Below, piece by piece: positions 17,487 to 28,115 of a stretch of 64,000 bases of DNA (the first letter of the stretch is position 1; every line of letters starts with the position of its first letter). Both the position numbers and the translations under genes were made by a program. The DNA comes from Gammaproteobacteria bacterium (GTDB taxonomy: Bacteria > Pseudomonadota > Gammaproteobacteria > UBA4575), in the NCBI GenBank assembly GCA_965243395.1, contig CBDEUS010000001.1, positions 704,001-768,000 of the forward strand. Direction: 5' to 3'. The notes below the pieces were generated by a model. It was not told the DNA's origin. It saw nothing but the letters and a program-made list of their open reading frames with translations, and did not search any database.

Positions 17487-19979
17487 ATGTTTCAAAGTAC
17501 TATTAATGTATTAACTGCTTTAGTTATTAAAAAGCCAATCGTTATTTTGGTATTCATGTTCGCTCTTGTTGCAGCATGCAGTATTTATATAAAGCATTTG
17601 AATATAGATGCTTCTCCTGATTCACTTATGTTAGAAAGTGATCCTGATTTAAAATATTACCGTGAAATTCATCGTCACTATGGAACAGATGAATATATTA
17701 TCGTTGGTTTTAAACCTAATAGAGAAATTTTAGAAAAAGAAGCGATCGTTCATATAGAAGAAATTTCAAATCAATTTAAGGATATTAATGGTGTTTCCGG
17801 CGTTACTTCGTTAAGTAATGTTCCACTATTATTACAACTTGAAGAAGATGAAAAAACTGGGCAAACCAAATTTGCAAATTTATTAACACCAGAGGTTGAT
17901 CTTGACAAAGCCAAACACGAATTCACTACCAGCCCTATATATGTAGATAATCTTGTAAGCCAGGATTTGACTACTACAGCTATTAAAGTAGATATCCAGA
18001 AAAATCAGCAGCTTGTTGAATTAATTGAACACAAGTATACGTTATTAGAAAAGCTTGAGTCGGTAGAGAAAAATAGTCAAGTTGATGCTGAATTGGAACT
18101 ATTACGCGAAGATATCAGTACAGAAAGGCAAATAATTAACCAACGCTATAAGGAAGTACTGGAGAGTATACGCGCGATTATTACTTCAGCAGAGGGTAAA
18201 GGTGAATTTTATTTAGCCGGCGCTCCCTTGATCGGAAATGACATGAAAGAGTATGTGGTACAAGATATACAGACTTTCGGTATCGCGATTCTGGGAATAA
18301 TGGTCATTGTTTTATTCATTTTCTTCAGAAAACCAGCCTGGATTTTTTTAGCACTCGTTTGTGCAGTATTAAATGTTCTATTAGTAGCAGGGCTGGCTGC
18401 ATTGCTAGATTTTCAATTGACTATCATTTCATCTAATTTTGTTGCCTTATTAATTATATTTTCTATCACTCTTTCGATTCACGTCATTATCCGCTATCAA
18501 GAAATTCAAGCATTAGACCCTAATGATGATGTTGAAACTGAAATTAAAACTGCTGTTTCGCAAATTGTAACACCGTGTTCATATATGGTGCTCACATCTG
18601 CTATCGCATTTTTATCATTAGTAGTAAGCGATATAAATCCCGTCATTATTTTTGGCTATATCATGATTTTAGGATTATTTTGTGCTTTCCTATTGACGTT
18701 TACGGTTCTGCCTGCACTGATAAAATTAATTAAGCCTAAATCACGTGAGCTTGAAAAAGATAAGGCTGCTTATTTTCTTGAAAATATTCTTAAAGCCATC
18801 GTAGGCCATAAAAAACTTACATTAACGATTGTAATTGGAATGTTTGCATTGAATATTGTTGGTATTAGCCAGCTTACGGTTGAAAATCGTTTTATTGATT
18901 ATTTTAAAAATTCTACTGATATTTACCAAGGATTAGAGCTAGTCGATCAAAATTTAGGTGGGACAGTACCCTTGGAAGTTATTCTTGAGGCTGACCCGAT
19001 AGAAGAGGATGAAGACGAGTTAGATGAGGACGAAGAATTTGGTGACTATTTATCAGAACTAGAGGAGAGCCAAGACGACTTCACCGCTAAAAGTTACTGG
19101 TATAACCGCAGTGGAATAAAGAAAATCAGCAAAATTCACGACTACTTGGAAAGCTTGCCTCAAGTGGGGAAAGTATTGTCTTTATCAAGTACTGAAGAAG
19201 TATTTCGTACGATCAATAAGGGCGAACCATTAGAGGATTTCCACTTATCTTTGGTTCATTCAAAAGTCCCTGAGAATATTAAGCAAGTACTTATTTCGCC
19301 TTACGTTTCAACTGATGGTGGTCAGGCACGTATTTTAGCGCGGATAAAAGATTCAGATCACACTCTAATTCGCAATGACTTGCTAAATAAAATCAAAGAC
19401 GATCTGAGCCAAGATTACGTAAAAGAAAATGAAAGTGTACAATTAACGGGGATTAGTGTTTTATACAATAATGTACTTCAAAGTTTGTTTAAATCACAAA
19501 TTCTGACGTTAGGAACTGTATTTGTTGCTATTTTACTTATGTTAGTAATTTTGTTTAGAAGTGTTAAATTGGCAATTATTGGAACGCTACCTAATATTTT
19601 TACTGCATTATTTATTCTAGGCGTTATGGGTGTATTTAAAATTCCTCTGGATATCATGACAATAACAATTGCTGCTATAACGATTGGTATTGGTGTTGAT
19701 TATGCAATCCATTATATACATCGCTATAAAAAAGAATACGCAGATTCAGGAGATAACTATCAAGCTATACATAAATCACAAACTACAGTAGGAAAAGCAT
19801 TATATTTCACGTCAATCACTATTACGTTAGGCTTTGTAGTACTTGTGTTGTCTAATTTTGTTCCCTCCATTTACTTTGGTTTATTAACAAGTATAGCTAT
19901 GTTAGTTTCTTTGTTCGCAACATTTAGCATTATTCCACTTCTGCTTTTACTTATGTATCCACAAAAATTACAAAATTAA
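17487..19979 (+). CDS. MMPL/RND-family transporter
   Basis: Two repeats of a TM, a large periplasmic loop and five TMs; IGIGVDYAIHY motif. Confidence 0.88.
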   Translation: MFQSTINVLTALVIKKPIVILVFMFALVAACSIYIKHLNIDASPDSLMLESDPDLKYYREIHRHYGTDEYIIVGFKPNREILEKEAIVHIEEISNQFKDINGVSGVTSLSNVPLLLQLEEDEKTGQTKFANLLTPEVDLDKAKHEFTTSPIYVDNLVSQDLTTTAIKVDIQKNQQLVELIEHKYTLLEKLESVEKNSQVDAELELLREDISTERQIINQRYKEVLESIRAIITSAEGKGEFYLAGAPLIGNDMKEYVVQDIQTFGIAILGIMVIVLFIFFRKPAWIFLALVCAVLNVLLVAGLAALLDFQLTIISSNFVALLIIFSITLSIHVIIRYQEIQALDPNDDVETEIKTAVSQIVTPCSYMVLTSAIAFLSLVVSDINPVIIFGYIMILGLFCAFLLTFTVLPALIKLIKPKSRELEKDKAAYFLENILKAIVGHKKLTLTIVIGMFALNIVGISQLTVENRFIDYFKNSTDIYQGLELVDQNLGGTVPLEVILEADPIEEDEDELDEDEEFGDYLSELEESQDDFTAKSYWYNRSGIKKISKIHDYLESLPQVGKVLSLSSTEEVFRTINKGEPLEDFHLSLVHSKVPENIKQVLISPYVSTDGGQARILARIKDSDHTLIRNDLLNKIKDDLSQDYVKENESVQLTGISVLYNNVLQSLFKSQILTLGTVFVAILLMLVILFRSVKLAIIGTLPNIFTALFILGVMGVFKIPLDIMTITIAAITIGIGVDYAIHYIHRYKKEYADSGDNYQAIHKSQTTVGKALYFTSITITLGFVVLVLSNFVPSIYFGLLTSIAMLVSLFATFSIIPLLLLLMYPQKLQN

Positions 19980-20443
19980 TGAATTCTAAATGGCTTAGTT
20001 TAGTTTGCTGGGTTGGCATATGTTTGCTGACAGGTTTTGTAGGTTCATTATTCGCACCTGGTGAATGGTATCAGGACATGCAAAAGTCAGCGCTTACTCC
20101 ACCTAATTATGTTTTTCCTATAGTCTGGAATATTTTATTTATTTTAATGGGCATAGCTGCCTGGCGAGTATGGGGGAAACGCAAAAAAGGTGTACGTTTT
20201 GCGCTATCTCTATTTTTAGTGCATTTAATTTTCAACATGCTTTGGTCGTATTTATTTTTTGGTATTCATCGACCGGATTTAGCGCTTTTTGAAATTGTAT
20301 TTTTATGGGTTGTTATTTTGTTGACAATTATTGCATTTATAAAGGTTGATAGGCTTGCAGGGATAATTATGCTTCCATATATTGCTTGGGTCAGTTTTGC
20401 TATATATTTGAATTATGCATTTGTTGAATTAAACCGTTTTTAA
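19979..20443 (+). CDS. tspO: TspO/MBR tryptophan-rich sensory protein
   Basis: WYQ...K..LTPPNYVFPIVW, NMLWSYLFF and PYIAWVSFA motifs. Confidence 0.92.
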   Translation: MNSKWLSLVCWVGICLLTGFVGSLFAPGEWYQDMQKSALTPPNYVFPIVWNILFILMGIAAWRVWGKRKKGVRFALSLFLVHLIFNMLWSYLFFGIHRPDLALFEIVFLWVVILLTIIAFIKVDRLAGIIMLPYIAWVSFAIYLNYAFVELNRF

Positions 20444-20516
20444 TTTAATATCAAAAATTAAGTACTTTCAAGTTATAGCATTAACTTACGTCAAAAATCG
20501 TATAGTTAGAATCTAG

Positions 20517-21608
20517 CTAGTATATGTCTACTTGAATATCCTTGTATCGGTCGCTGCCATGGATTTTAACGAGATTGCTGCCATCAACGCCTATGCGCCA
20601 AATACTGAATTGTTTGTCTTCTCTGAATCTTAAACGATGAAAATAAAGTTGTTTTGAGTCAGAACTCCATCTTGGTAGTTTATTAGCATGCCCATCATTT
20701 AGTAATTCAAATGTTTTTGCATTGCCTGCATCTGAGATACGTAATGCACGCTTGCCAAATAACCAGTACAGTGGTTGAACTTCAGTTACATAGGCAACCA
20801 ACTTTCCATCGGGAGACCAATAGGGATCATGGTCGCGAAATTTATCAAAAGTTAAACGCTCTTCGTTTTTACCATTAGCATCCGCAATAAATATTTCTAA
20901 ATTGTTAAGCTTACTTCCATCATACGATTCTGGAAGGGCGCTAAATACAATTTTGGAACCATCAGGCGACCAAGATGGATCTAGATAAATGCTTTCTCGC
21001 TGCGAGATTCGCTGAGGGTTTTTTCCATTCAGATCAGTAATATAGAGATGCCAGCGGCCTTTTTGTTTGGATGCCGCCATAATAAGTTTTGAGCCGTCAG
21101 GCGACCAATTGGCAAAACCTTGTTCTACCCATTCAAAACTACGGTGAGGAATGAGTTCCTTGAGACTCTGATCATTCAAGTTAAGCTGCCATAATGAAAA
21201 CTGGTCATATGCACTTTCTTTTTCACCTATGGGTACACGATAAAATAAAACTTTGGCTCTATCCGGCGAAACTCTTGGCCAAAAGCTTTCATATTTATCA
21301 TCAGTAGTCAGTTGTACTGAGTTTTTTCCATCTAAATCTGATAACCATATTTCAAGATTACCTGTACGGTTAGATGAAAATATCAATTTAGAATGAGAGG
21401 TAGCCGTTTTGATGACTTCTTTTGCTTTCTTTATATTACGTTCTTTGCTTGGTTTAGCTTCTCGTGTTTCTTCTAGGGATGGCCGATCTTTTGTATGAAT
21501 TTTTTTACGCGTTGCTTCTTTTTTAATAGGTGTCAAACCACAACCACTAAGAATAAAGATCGAGATTAATATAGTAGAAAAGATAAAAGATAAATAATTT
21601 TTTTTCAT
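20517..21608 (-). CDS. TolB-like beta-propeller lipoprotein (PD40 repeats)
   Basis: LSGC lipobox and repeated WSPDG motifs; not in a tol-pal context. Confidence 0.82.
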   Translation of the reverse strand: MKKNYLSFIFSTILISIFILSGCGLTPIKKEATRKKIHTKDRPSLEETREAKPSKERNIKKAKEVIKTATSHSKLIFSSNRTGNLEIWLSDLDGKNSVQLTTDDKYESFWPRVSPDRAKVLFYRVPIGEKESAYDQFSLWQLNLNDQSLKELIPHRSFEWVEQGFANWSPDGSKLIMAASKQKGRWHLYITDLNGKNPQRISQRESIYLDPSWSPDGSKIVFSALPESYDGSKLNNLEIFIADANGKNEERLTFDKFRDHDPYWSPDGKLVAYVTEVQPLYWLFGKRALRISDAGNAKTFELLNDGHANKLPRWSSDSKQLYFHRLRFREDKQFSIWRIGVDGSNLVKIHGSDRYKDIQVDIY

Positions 21609-21626
21609 ATTTTGGTTATTGTTTAA

Positions 21627-22532
21627 CTAAATACTGTCATGGCTAGCCTGATCGCATAAATGAGCATGATCGCCAGATTCAATTTGAATGGTAGGGTGAA
21701 TAATACCAAACTTATCACGTAACCCATTGCTTAGTCGATGTACAAATTGATCATCTAGTTTATGCGAATCACGTACAAGATGAGTCGTTAAAGCCACTTG
21801 TGTAGTGCTCATCGCCCAGATATGTAAATCATGGACAGCTATTACACCATCTTGTTGTAAAATAAACTCTCTCACCTCATCAATATTTATACCTTTAGGT
21901 ACACCATCCATTGCCAAATTAAATGAATCTCTAAATACTCCCCAAGTGCTAATAATAATTACGATTACAATAACTAAACTAATTGCAGGGTCGATCCAGA
22001 ATAAGCTTGTTAAAAAGATCGCAATTCCTCCTAATACAACGCCCAAGGAAACACCTGCATCTGCTGCCATGTGAATAAAGGCAGCTTTAATATTCAAATC
22101 TTCGCGTTGACTAGTGAGAAACAATAAAGCGGTTGCTGTATTAATTATAACTCCAATGGCTGCAACAACAATGATAGTCGTTGAATTTACTACAGAAGGG
22201 GTAGTAAGACGTCCTAATGCCTCCCAGGCCACAACACTCATTGTCATAAGTAAAATTAGACTGCTTACAAATGCTGCTAAAATGGTCCCTCTGCGTAAAC
22301 CATATGTCTTTGTACGAGTAGGTTTGCGTTGTGCCAAGTAAGTGGCGCCCCAAGATAGCAATAAGGCAAGAACATCACCAAGGTTATGCCCAGCATCTGC
22401 AATGAGTGCCAATGAGTTTGATAAAAACCCAAATGTGGCTTCAACAACAACAAATATCACATTTAGAGCAGTACCGACTGCAAAAGCTAAGTTATAGTTT
22501 TTTGGTGTAGGATGACGGTGCGAATGTTCCAT
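21627..22532 (-). CDS. Cation diffusion facilitator (CzcD/ZitB-like)
   Basis: SLALIADAGHNLGD, AFIHMAAD and VHDLHIWAM motifs. Confidence 0.92.
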   Translation of the reverse strand: MEHSHRHPTPKNYNLAFAVGTALNVIFVVVEATFGFLSNSLALIADAGHNLGDVLALLLSWGATYLAQRKPTRTKTYGLRRGTILAAFVSSLILLMTMSVVAWEALGRLTTPSVVNSTTIIVVAAIGVIINTATALLFLTSQREDLNIKAAFIHMAADAGVSLGVVLGGIAIFLTSLFWIDPAISLVIVIVIIISTWGVFRDSFNLAMDGVPKGINIDEVREFILQQDGVIAVHDLHIWAMSTTQVALTTHLVRDSHKLDDQFVHRLSNGLRDKFGIIHPTIQIESGDHAHLCDQASHDSI

Positions 22533-22556
22533 GTTTATGCATTATATAATATTAGT

Positions 22557-23300
22557 TTAGGCTACCCTGCGTTTTAGTAATACATAAAAGTAAAAAGTAG
22601 CGATTGCCGCAAGCAAATGTTTAATTGTATGCCCGCTTAGACTATGCCCTAACAATTCAAAAATTTGTTTGTCAAAATATTCTGCTATTTTCGAAAGCAT
22701 ATAAAAAAGGAATGCAGAAAGTAGAAATTTAGTTTGTAAGTGCGTGGGCTTATAAATAAAAATGATTATCAGTATTAAAGCCATCGAAACAAACTGCACC
22801 CATACATAGATTCTCAGATCATCTGTGATATGCCAATATAAAACTGAAATAATTCCAACTATACACATCGGTAGCAGCAGCCATTTCTCGAGTTTGTAGT
22901 TAATATAATCTGATATTGTAATGACAAACAGGGCCATAAAGCCTATAGCCATTGGTAAACGGTCCCAAGTTAAAGTTTTATTTTCAGGGTTAAAATGATA
23001 ATAAGATGAACCAAATGCAACACAAAAAACAGATAAAAACAAGAACAGCCAGCTCCAGGAATAATTTATGCCCCAGTTTTGGCAGATTGTATAGAGGCCT
23101 AACATTCCTACAAAAAGAAATGGTAGGCTAGAAACAATATCTAAAAAATTATTGATACCAAATATGGTTCGATTGTCTGCAAAATCGTGATATGCAAGAT
23201 CTTGAGAAATTGGCTCAAGAAAAAATAAGCTAATAAAAGAGATAAAAACTAAAGAGACAATTAAAGAATCTTGCCAGCTTACGGGCCATCGTGCATTCAT
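22557..23300 (-). CDS. Alkaline ceramidase-like membrane protein
   Basis: QDLAYHDFAD, FGSSYYH, WDRLPM and SGHTIKH motifs. Confidence 0.8.
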   Translation of the reverse strand: MNARWPVSWQDSLIVSLVFISFISLFFLEPISQDLAYHDFADNRTIFGINNFLDIVSSLPFLFVGMLGLYTICQNWGINYSWSWLFLFLSVFCVAFGSSYYHFNPENKTLTWDRLPMAIGFMALFVITISDYINYKLEKWLLLPMCIVGIISVLYWHITDDLRIYVWVQFVSMALILIIIFIYKPTHLQTKFLLSAFLFYMLSKIAEYFDKQIFELLGHSLSGHTIKHLLAAIATFYFYVLLKRRVA

Positions 23301-23303
23301 TTG

Positions 23304-23870
23304 TTATCCCGTAAATGCCTGAGGAGATTTTAAGTATTCTAATTCCTCTGTAGTACTCGTTCGATTCAATATCAAATTTCTATGAGGAAATCGGCCATAT
23401 TTCTTAATTATATCTCTATGGTGTTTTGCAAAACGTAGATTCTTTTCTAATCCGCTTTTTGAAAATAACTCAACGGATAGATTTTGATCTTCAATATTTT
23501 CACTATGCATGAGTGGCATATAAAGAAAAGGTAGGCGCGTTGGGTCAAGCTCTTCGTCAAAATTTTTAGAAATTGCAAAATGTGAAATTTGTATTGCATC
23601 TGCTTCAGTTGAAAAACTTTTAGCATCGCCACGAAACATATTTAAAGGAAGTTGATCTAAGACTATGACCAAGGCTAGACAACCATCAGCGTTTTCTTTC
23701 CATTCTGTTAATTGTTTTTCTTTAGCAAGCAACCATAAAGAGTGAAATTTGCTATGTACTTCTGCATCAAATTTAGGTGTAGATTTAAACCATAGCTTAT
23801 TAACAGGTTCACTAAACCAAAAATTCAAAACCAATTTATATGAAATAGATTCATAATTCTGATCAGACAT
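23304..23870 (-). CDS. DUF924 family protein
   Basis: VLNFWF, LDQLPLNMFRG, FLYMPLMHSE and YGRFPHRN motifs. Confidence 0.9.
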   Translation of the reverse strand: MSDQNYESISYKLVLNFWFSEPVNKLWFKSTPKFDAEVHSKFHSLWLLAKEKQLTEWKENADGCLALVIVLDQLPLNMFRGDAKSFSTEADAIQISHFAISKNFDEELDPTRLPFLYMPLMHSENIEDQNLSVELFSKSGLEKNLRFAKHHRDIIKKYGRFPHRNLILNRTSTTEELEYLKSPQAFTG

Positions 23871-23878
23871 AAATATAT

Positions 23879-24307
23879 TTAGCCATTTATGTAATGCTCA
23901 AGTTGTTCAATAATATATTTCTGTTCAGATATAATCGTTTTTACTAAATCGCCTATAGATATAATGCCAATAACGTTGCTGTTTTCAACAACCGGCAAGT
24001 GCCGCACACGCTTTTCAGTCATCAAAGCCATTGCTTCTTCAACAGTTTGATCAGGTTTTGTGCACAGTACGTTTGTTGACATTATATCTTTAACAGCAGT
24101 GTCTGGAGATGACTTTCCTTTGAGAATTACTTTTCTAGAGTAGTCTCGTTCAGTAATAATCCCAAGCAACCTATCATTCTCCATCACCATCAAAGATCCA
24201 ATGTGGTGGTCAGCCATGATTTTAATTGCATCATAAACTGAGCTTTCTGGGCTTATCGTTATAATTTCGTTACCTTTGTATTCTAAAAGTTGTTTAATAG
24301 TTTTCAT
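23879..24307 (-). CDS. Tandem CBS-domain protein
   Basis: GIITERDY and RHLPV..GIISIGDLVK motifs. Confidence 0.92.
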   Translation of the reverse strand: MKTIKQLLEYKGNEIITISPESSVYDAIKIMADHHIGSLMVMENDRLLGIITERDYSRKVILKGKSSPDTAVKDIMSTNVLCTKPDQTVEEAMALMTEKRVRHLPVVENSNVIGIISIGDLVKTIISEQKYIIEQLEHYING

Positions 24308-24379
24308 AATTACTAAACTCCTTTCGTTTCTATATAGTTAAAATTAGTTATGATTAAAGAATCAAATTGTATATATAGT

Positions 24380-25141
24380 TTATAGAAAGTGATTGTGTAA
24401 AAATTGATTTACAGCATCCCAATACTCATTATGATCATCAAATTGTTCCCATAATGCTCTTGAGCCATGATTTCCTTCTGTCTTGGGTATAAATAATGAT
24501 TTTTTATCCGATTGGATAGCATCATAGATATCAATCCACTTATTCTTCTCATTACGTGCAGACGTGATGAATACCGGCACATTTATGCTTGTTGCAGAAT
24601 CTTGTATCCACGTTTTGGATTTGCCTTGTTTGCTAAAATATTCGCCGGGCGCAAATGCAAGTACTCCATCAACTATATCGGGATGATTTCCCGCAACATG
24701 TAAAACCAATGAAGCAGAATATGAGCTTCCCCAAAGAATTATTTTATTCTCTGGGAATTGGGAACGAATAAAATGAATTGACGCCAGTATATCTGGCAAT
24801 GCGTCTATATACCTTGTTTGTAAATTAGAGGCTTTGGCACTTTTTGCAGTTAAATTTTTCACACTATTAATTTTTCCGCCAGAACGTAAATCTACTGCAA
24901 TACAATTAAAACCCAGTTCGTTTAATTTAGGTGCAATATCAGTATATTCACCACGACTCCATCCTGCCTGATGAAATAGGAGAATAATTGGTGTTGTGGG
25001 TTCTAAGCTGATGAAGTATGTATCAGCCACAACTACAAGACCATCTTCAGAATTGAATGATATGGTGTCAGTAGATGCAAATAAGTCCGACGTAATGATT
25101 AGGACTATTATAAAAAATATAAAGTTACTAATATTTTTCAT
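24380..25141 (-). CDS. Exported alpha/beta hydrolase
   Basis: Signal peptide; HQAGWSRGEY, nucleophile-elbow WGSSYSA and HGSRAL motifs. Confidence 0.8.
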   Translation of the reverse strand: MKNISNFIFFIIVLIITSDLFASTDTISFNSEDGLVVVADTYFISLEPTTPIILLFHQAGWSRGEYTDIAPKLNELGFNCIAVDLRSGGKINSVKNLTAKSAKASNLQTRYIDALPDILASIHFIRSQFPENKIILWGSSYSASLVLHVAGNHPDIVDGVLAFAPGEYFSKQGKSKTWIQDSATSINVPVFITSARNEKNKWIDIYDAIQSDKKSLFIPKTEGNHGSRALWEQFDDHNEYWDAVNQFLHNHFL

Positions 25142-26517
25142 GTATTCATTGTATCTTCAAGTTTCGGCAGTCTTTTTACGATACGAATTAACTTGGCAAG
25201 TTCCATTTCAATATCTTTACGTTTAGTTTCCAAATATTCCCTAAGTTGTTTTTTTCTCATAAACAAAAAGAATATTTTTATATTATCGATAATAATATGG
25301 TATTCCTTGCGAAGTTTTAGCGCAAAAGGCGCACTTATTATGATGCTTGCTAAATAAATTAATGACGCGGGTATTCCAAAATATTTATATATCATATAAG
25401 TTTGGATCGACCAAAATAATAGAAAGAAGAATAATCCAAAAGTAACACTTGCAGTATCATATTGATCGGGGCCTTTAGCAATTTTACGTGTTATATCACG
25501 GGTAAGCTGATATGGAATAAAATTATTAATCATCCCCCAGATAGCAAAGGGTAACCCAATTAATAAGATCATGATTATCCGCATAATATAAATTGTTACG
25601 AGAACTGGCTTGTAATTAATTGTTAAGTGATAATCCCGTATACCACAGCAATTACACAAACGCTCAAATCCGCGTAGCTGACTAACGATAGAACGCACTT
25701 TATCCGGCTCATAAATTCTTAATAGTCTTTGTGCCTCAATGATTCTTTGTAGCGCATTAAATCGTTCTTTTAAGTGACCTTTCCTGTATTTACCGCGTCT
25801 CATTGCAAAAAACTTTTCCAAACGCGTTATAAGATAAATATCTTCCCATGAGTCTGCATTGAGAGTAACTTTAGCAAGCTCATGTTTAATTCGATCTGTA
25901 ACAAGTTCTACAGACTCAAATGGTTCAAGTTTACTTGGGGTATTTAAATCAATTTTGGTTCCATATTGAATGAGCACATCGCTTCGGAATTTACCTTTTC
26001 GAGAAAAAGTCAAGCCAACAGGTATGACGACTGGAGCTTTTTTATTTGTCCGCAAAGCACCTAAAGCTATTCGAGCGGCACCTGTTTTAAGTTTATTAAT
26101 ATGCGGATCAGAATGACTTTGTCCTTCTGGAAAAATTATAATGGTTTTATTGTTTGCAAGGGCTTCATAGCATTTAACAAATGAATCTTCATTTTGCGAG
26201 GTGTTTGTTCCTGGGTCATTGCGACGGTATATAGGTATCGCATCAATTAAATTTAGAATCGGTTTTAAGAAAGGGTTCAAGAACAGACCGCTTCTTGCGA
26301 GCGGTAAAAGCTGTTTATCAGTTGATGCTTGGAGAATAACAACATCAACTAATGCATTTACATGATTCGCGCACAATAATAAACCATCATTTTCAGGAAT
26401 GTTTTCTAAACCTGTAACCTCAAAGTTACGATAGAAAACACGCACTACAAGTTTACAAAAGCGTTGCCAAACTTTTAGAAAGCTCGTCTTTGAAAAAGAT
26501 TTCTGTTGTCTGCTCAT
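25138..26517 (-). CDS. Lysophospholipid/glycerol acyltransferase family protein
   Basis: NHVNALVD (HX4D) and IFPEGQSH motifs; C-terminal TMs. Confidence 0.88.
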   Translation of the reverse strand: MSRQQKSFSKTSFLKVWQRFCKLVVRVFYRNFEVTGLENIPENDGLLLCANHVNALVDVVILQASTDKQLLPLARSGLFLNPFLKPILNLIDAIPIYRRNDPGTNTSQNEDSFVKCYEALANNKTIIIFPEGQSHSDPHINKLKTGAARIALGALRTNKKAPVVIPVGLTFSRKGKFRSDVLIQYGTKIDLNTPSKLEPFESVELVTDRIKHELAKVTLNADSWEDIYLITRLEKFFAMRRGKYRKGHLKERFNALQRIIEAQRLLRIYEPDKVRSIVSQLRGFERLCNCCGIRDYHLTINYKPVLVTIYIMRIIMILLIGLPFAIWGMINNFIPYQLTRDITRKIAKGPDQYDTASVTFGLFFFLLFWSIQTYMIYKYFGIPASLIYLASIIISAPFALKLRKEYHIIIDNIKIFFLFMRKKQLREYLETKRKDIEMELAKLIRIVKRLPKLEDTMNT

Positions 26518-26556
26518 ACTAATCCTAAAGGTTAGTATTTATATATTAGAAATAAA

Positions 26557-26817
26557 TTACTGTAGCAGTGGGTGATCCTTTGGAAGTTGCTTAGATACCC
26601 ATATTGCGAGCTTATGCTTCATTGCGGGCAGGTTCAATTGGTCTTTTGCTAAAGGCTGTATAAGTTTGTCGTGAACAAGTAGCCTGTATAAGTATTCAAT
26701 CTTTTCATTTGCGGAATCGGTCGCTTCAAATTTAACAACTCCGCGTTTTTCAGCATATATCATTCCAACGCGTATGGCTTTTTTAACTAACTCTGCTTCA
26801 TTTTTTAGTTTTTTCAT
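26557..26817 (-). CDS. Small conserved protein (DUF5062-like)
   Basis: KKLKNEAELVKKA...YAEKRG...LVHDKLIQPL...MKHKLA pattern, recalled from memory. Confidence 0.7.
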   Translation of the reverse strand: MKKLKNEAELVKKAIRVGMIYAEKRGVVKFEATDSANEKIEYLYRLLVHDKLIQPLAKDQLNLPAMKHKLAIWVSKQLPKDHPLLQ

Positions 26818-26834
26818 AGAGTTTTACGAGTGTT

Positions 26835-27542
26835 TTAAGCGAGTTTGCGTTGTAATCTCTCAGGCACAGGTATGGCTTCTCTTACAGATAATATAGCTTG
26901 TTTGTCCAGCTTACCGTTTCTAATTAGACTTCCACATAATGCAGTACGAAAACCAATGTAATCAGGATTAGCTTTTAATAATATCGGAATATCTTCAATT
27001 GTTAGAGATCCAGCTAAGCCAGTTAACAAGTCATTCTGTTTCGCTCGATTTACAAAATACTCAAGTTGCATAATGTTCATGCGCGTCAACAAATTTCCAC
27101 TACTTTTTCGTGCTGTATCTAGCATAACTCCTTTTAAGCGTGCGTCTTTTGCTATCTGAATTGCAAAATCAATGTCAAATTCCATGTCTGCAAAAAATAC
27201 TGCGATTACTGCAATACCTTTGTTTGAGCAATGAATTAAATTAGGTAAGCAAGTTTCAATATGACGCTCACTGAACATTCCGACTTTCACATAGTCAACA
27301 CCTGTTTCAGCAGTTTGAATCACCTTTTCATTTATTTTTGAATAATCTGCCGGGAGATCACCAATTGTTGCGCTTATTTCACATTTTTCCCATAAGTCAT
27401 CTACAATTTGCAGTATCTGTTTTAAAGAAACTGCTCCTAATGCTCCATCATTAGGTTCTTTAAGATCAATTATGTTTGCACCACCGTCATAAACGCATTT
27501 GGCTTCTTCTAAGTCACGTACACTGGCTAACATACCTGTCAT
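26835..27542 (-). CDS. mfnB: (5-formylfuran-3-yl)methyl phosphate synthase (Orf22)
   Basis: LASV...EA, IIDLKEP..GALGA, SATIGD, YVKVG, MLDTA.K and GLAGSL motifs. Confidence 0.88.
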   Translation of the reverse strand: MTGMLASVRDLEEAKCVYDGGANIIDLKEPNDGALGAVSLKQILQIVDDLWEKCEISATIGDLPADYSKINEKVIQTAETGVDYVKVGMFSERHIETCLPNLIHCSNKGIAVIAVFFADMEFDIDFAIQIAKDARLKGVMLDTARKSSGNLLTRMNIMQLEYFVNRAKQNDLLTGLAGSLTIEDIPILLKANPDYIGFRTALCGSLIRNGKLDKQAILSVREAIPVPERLQRKLA

Positions 27543-27544
27543 CT

Positions 27545-28111
27545 TTATTTATCCTTATTTATATGAGCGAGAATTTTCTTCATTAACCACTCCCAAGCTT
27601 CTTGTTCACGAGGGCCTGAAGTTTTCTCATACCCTATAGTTAAATATTCTATTTCTTGCAGAATTTTTTCTTCTGGTAGCATCTTGAGACGGCTAGTTAA
27701 AATGGCTAGTTCTAATACGGCTGATTGTGCACGATTATAGCCATGAAATGGTTGATGTGTAGCTTCATCTACAATCTTGCAAATATATTGCGGTCTTATT
27801 TTATCATCTACTTTATTAACGACTTCTAACTCAGTGTGGGCAAGGCTATTTACTAACCGTGCACCTTTGATGGTTTCTGTAGAGCAAGTAGGCCAATCCC
27901 GACGGCCTGTAATGCAACCCGCATAAATTCTCACATCATCTGTGTAATTAAGTGTGGCGTGACCATCACGCTCTAAATTATCTAGTGTTGTTGAAGGTTT
28001 GAATGGCAAAATGATGAGTTCTTTCCCCGATTCATGTATTCCCATAGGGGCAATATGCACAGACTCGTCATCATTTAGGGTGGTAACAATACATTCTCTT
28101 ATAAACGGCAA
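27545..28111 (-). CDS. DUF447 family protein Orf19
   Basis: E.IVTT.....HIAPMG, PFKPSTTL.N and GYNRAQSAVLELAIL.SRL motifs; TTG start. Confidence 0.85.
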   Translation of the reverse strand: MPFIRECIVTTLNDDESVHIAPMGIHESGKELIILPFKPSTTLDNLERDGHATLNYTDDVRIYAGCITGRRDWPTCSTETIKGARLVNSLAHTELEVVNKVDDKIRPQYICKIVDEATHQPFHGYNRAQSAVLELAILTSRLKMLPEEKILQEIEYLTIGYEKTSGPREQEAWEWLMKKILAHINKDK

Positions 28112-28115
28112 ACCA

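Noticed and set aside
19000-19082. Asp/Glu-rich tract in the MMPL transporter
   Set aside because: Low-complexity acidic linker within a periplasmic loop; nothing points to a separate element.
20517-21400. Recurrent GGCGACCA/GGAGACCA-like sequences
   Set aside because: They encode WSPDG propeller repeats; not CRISPR or DNA repeats.
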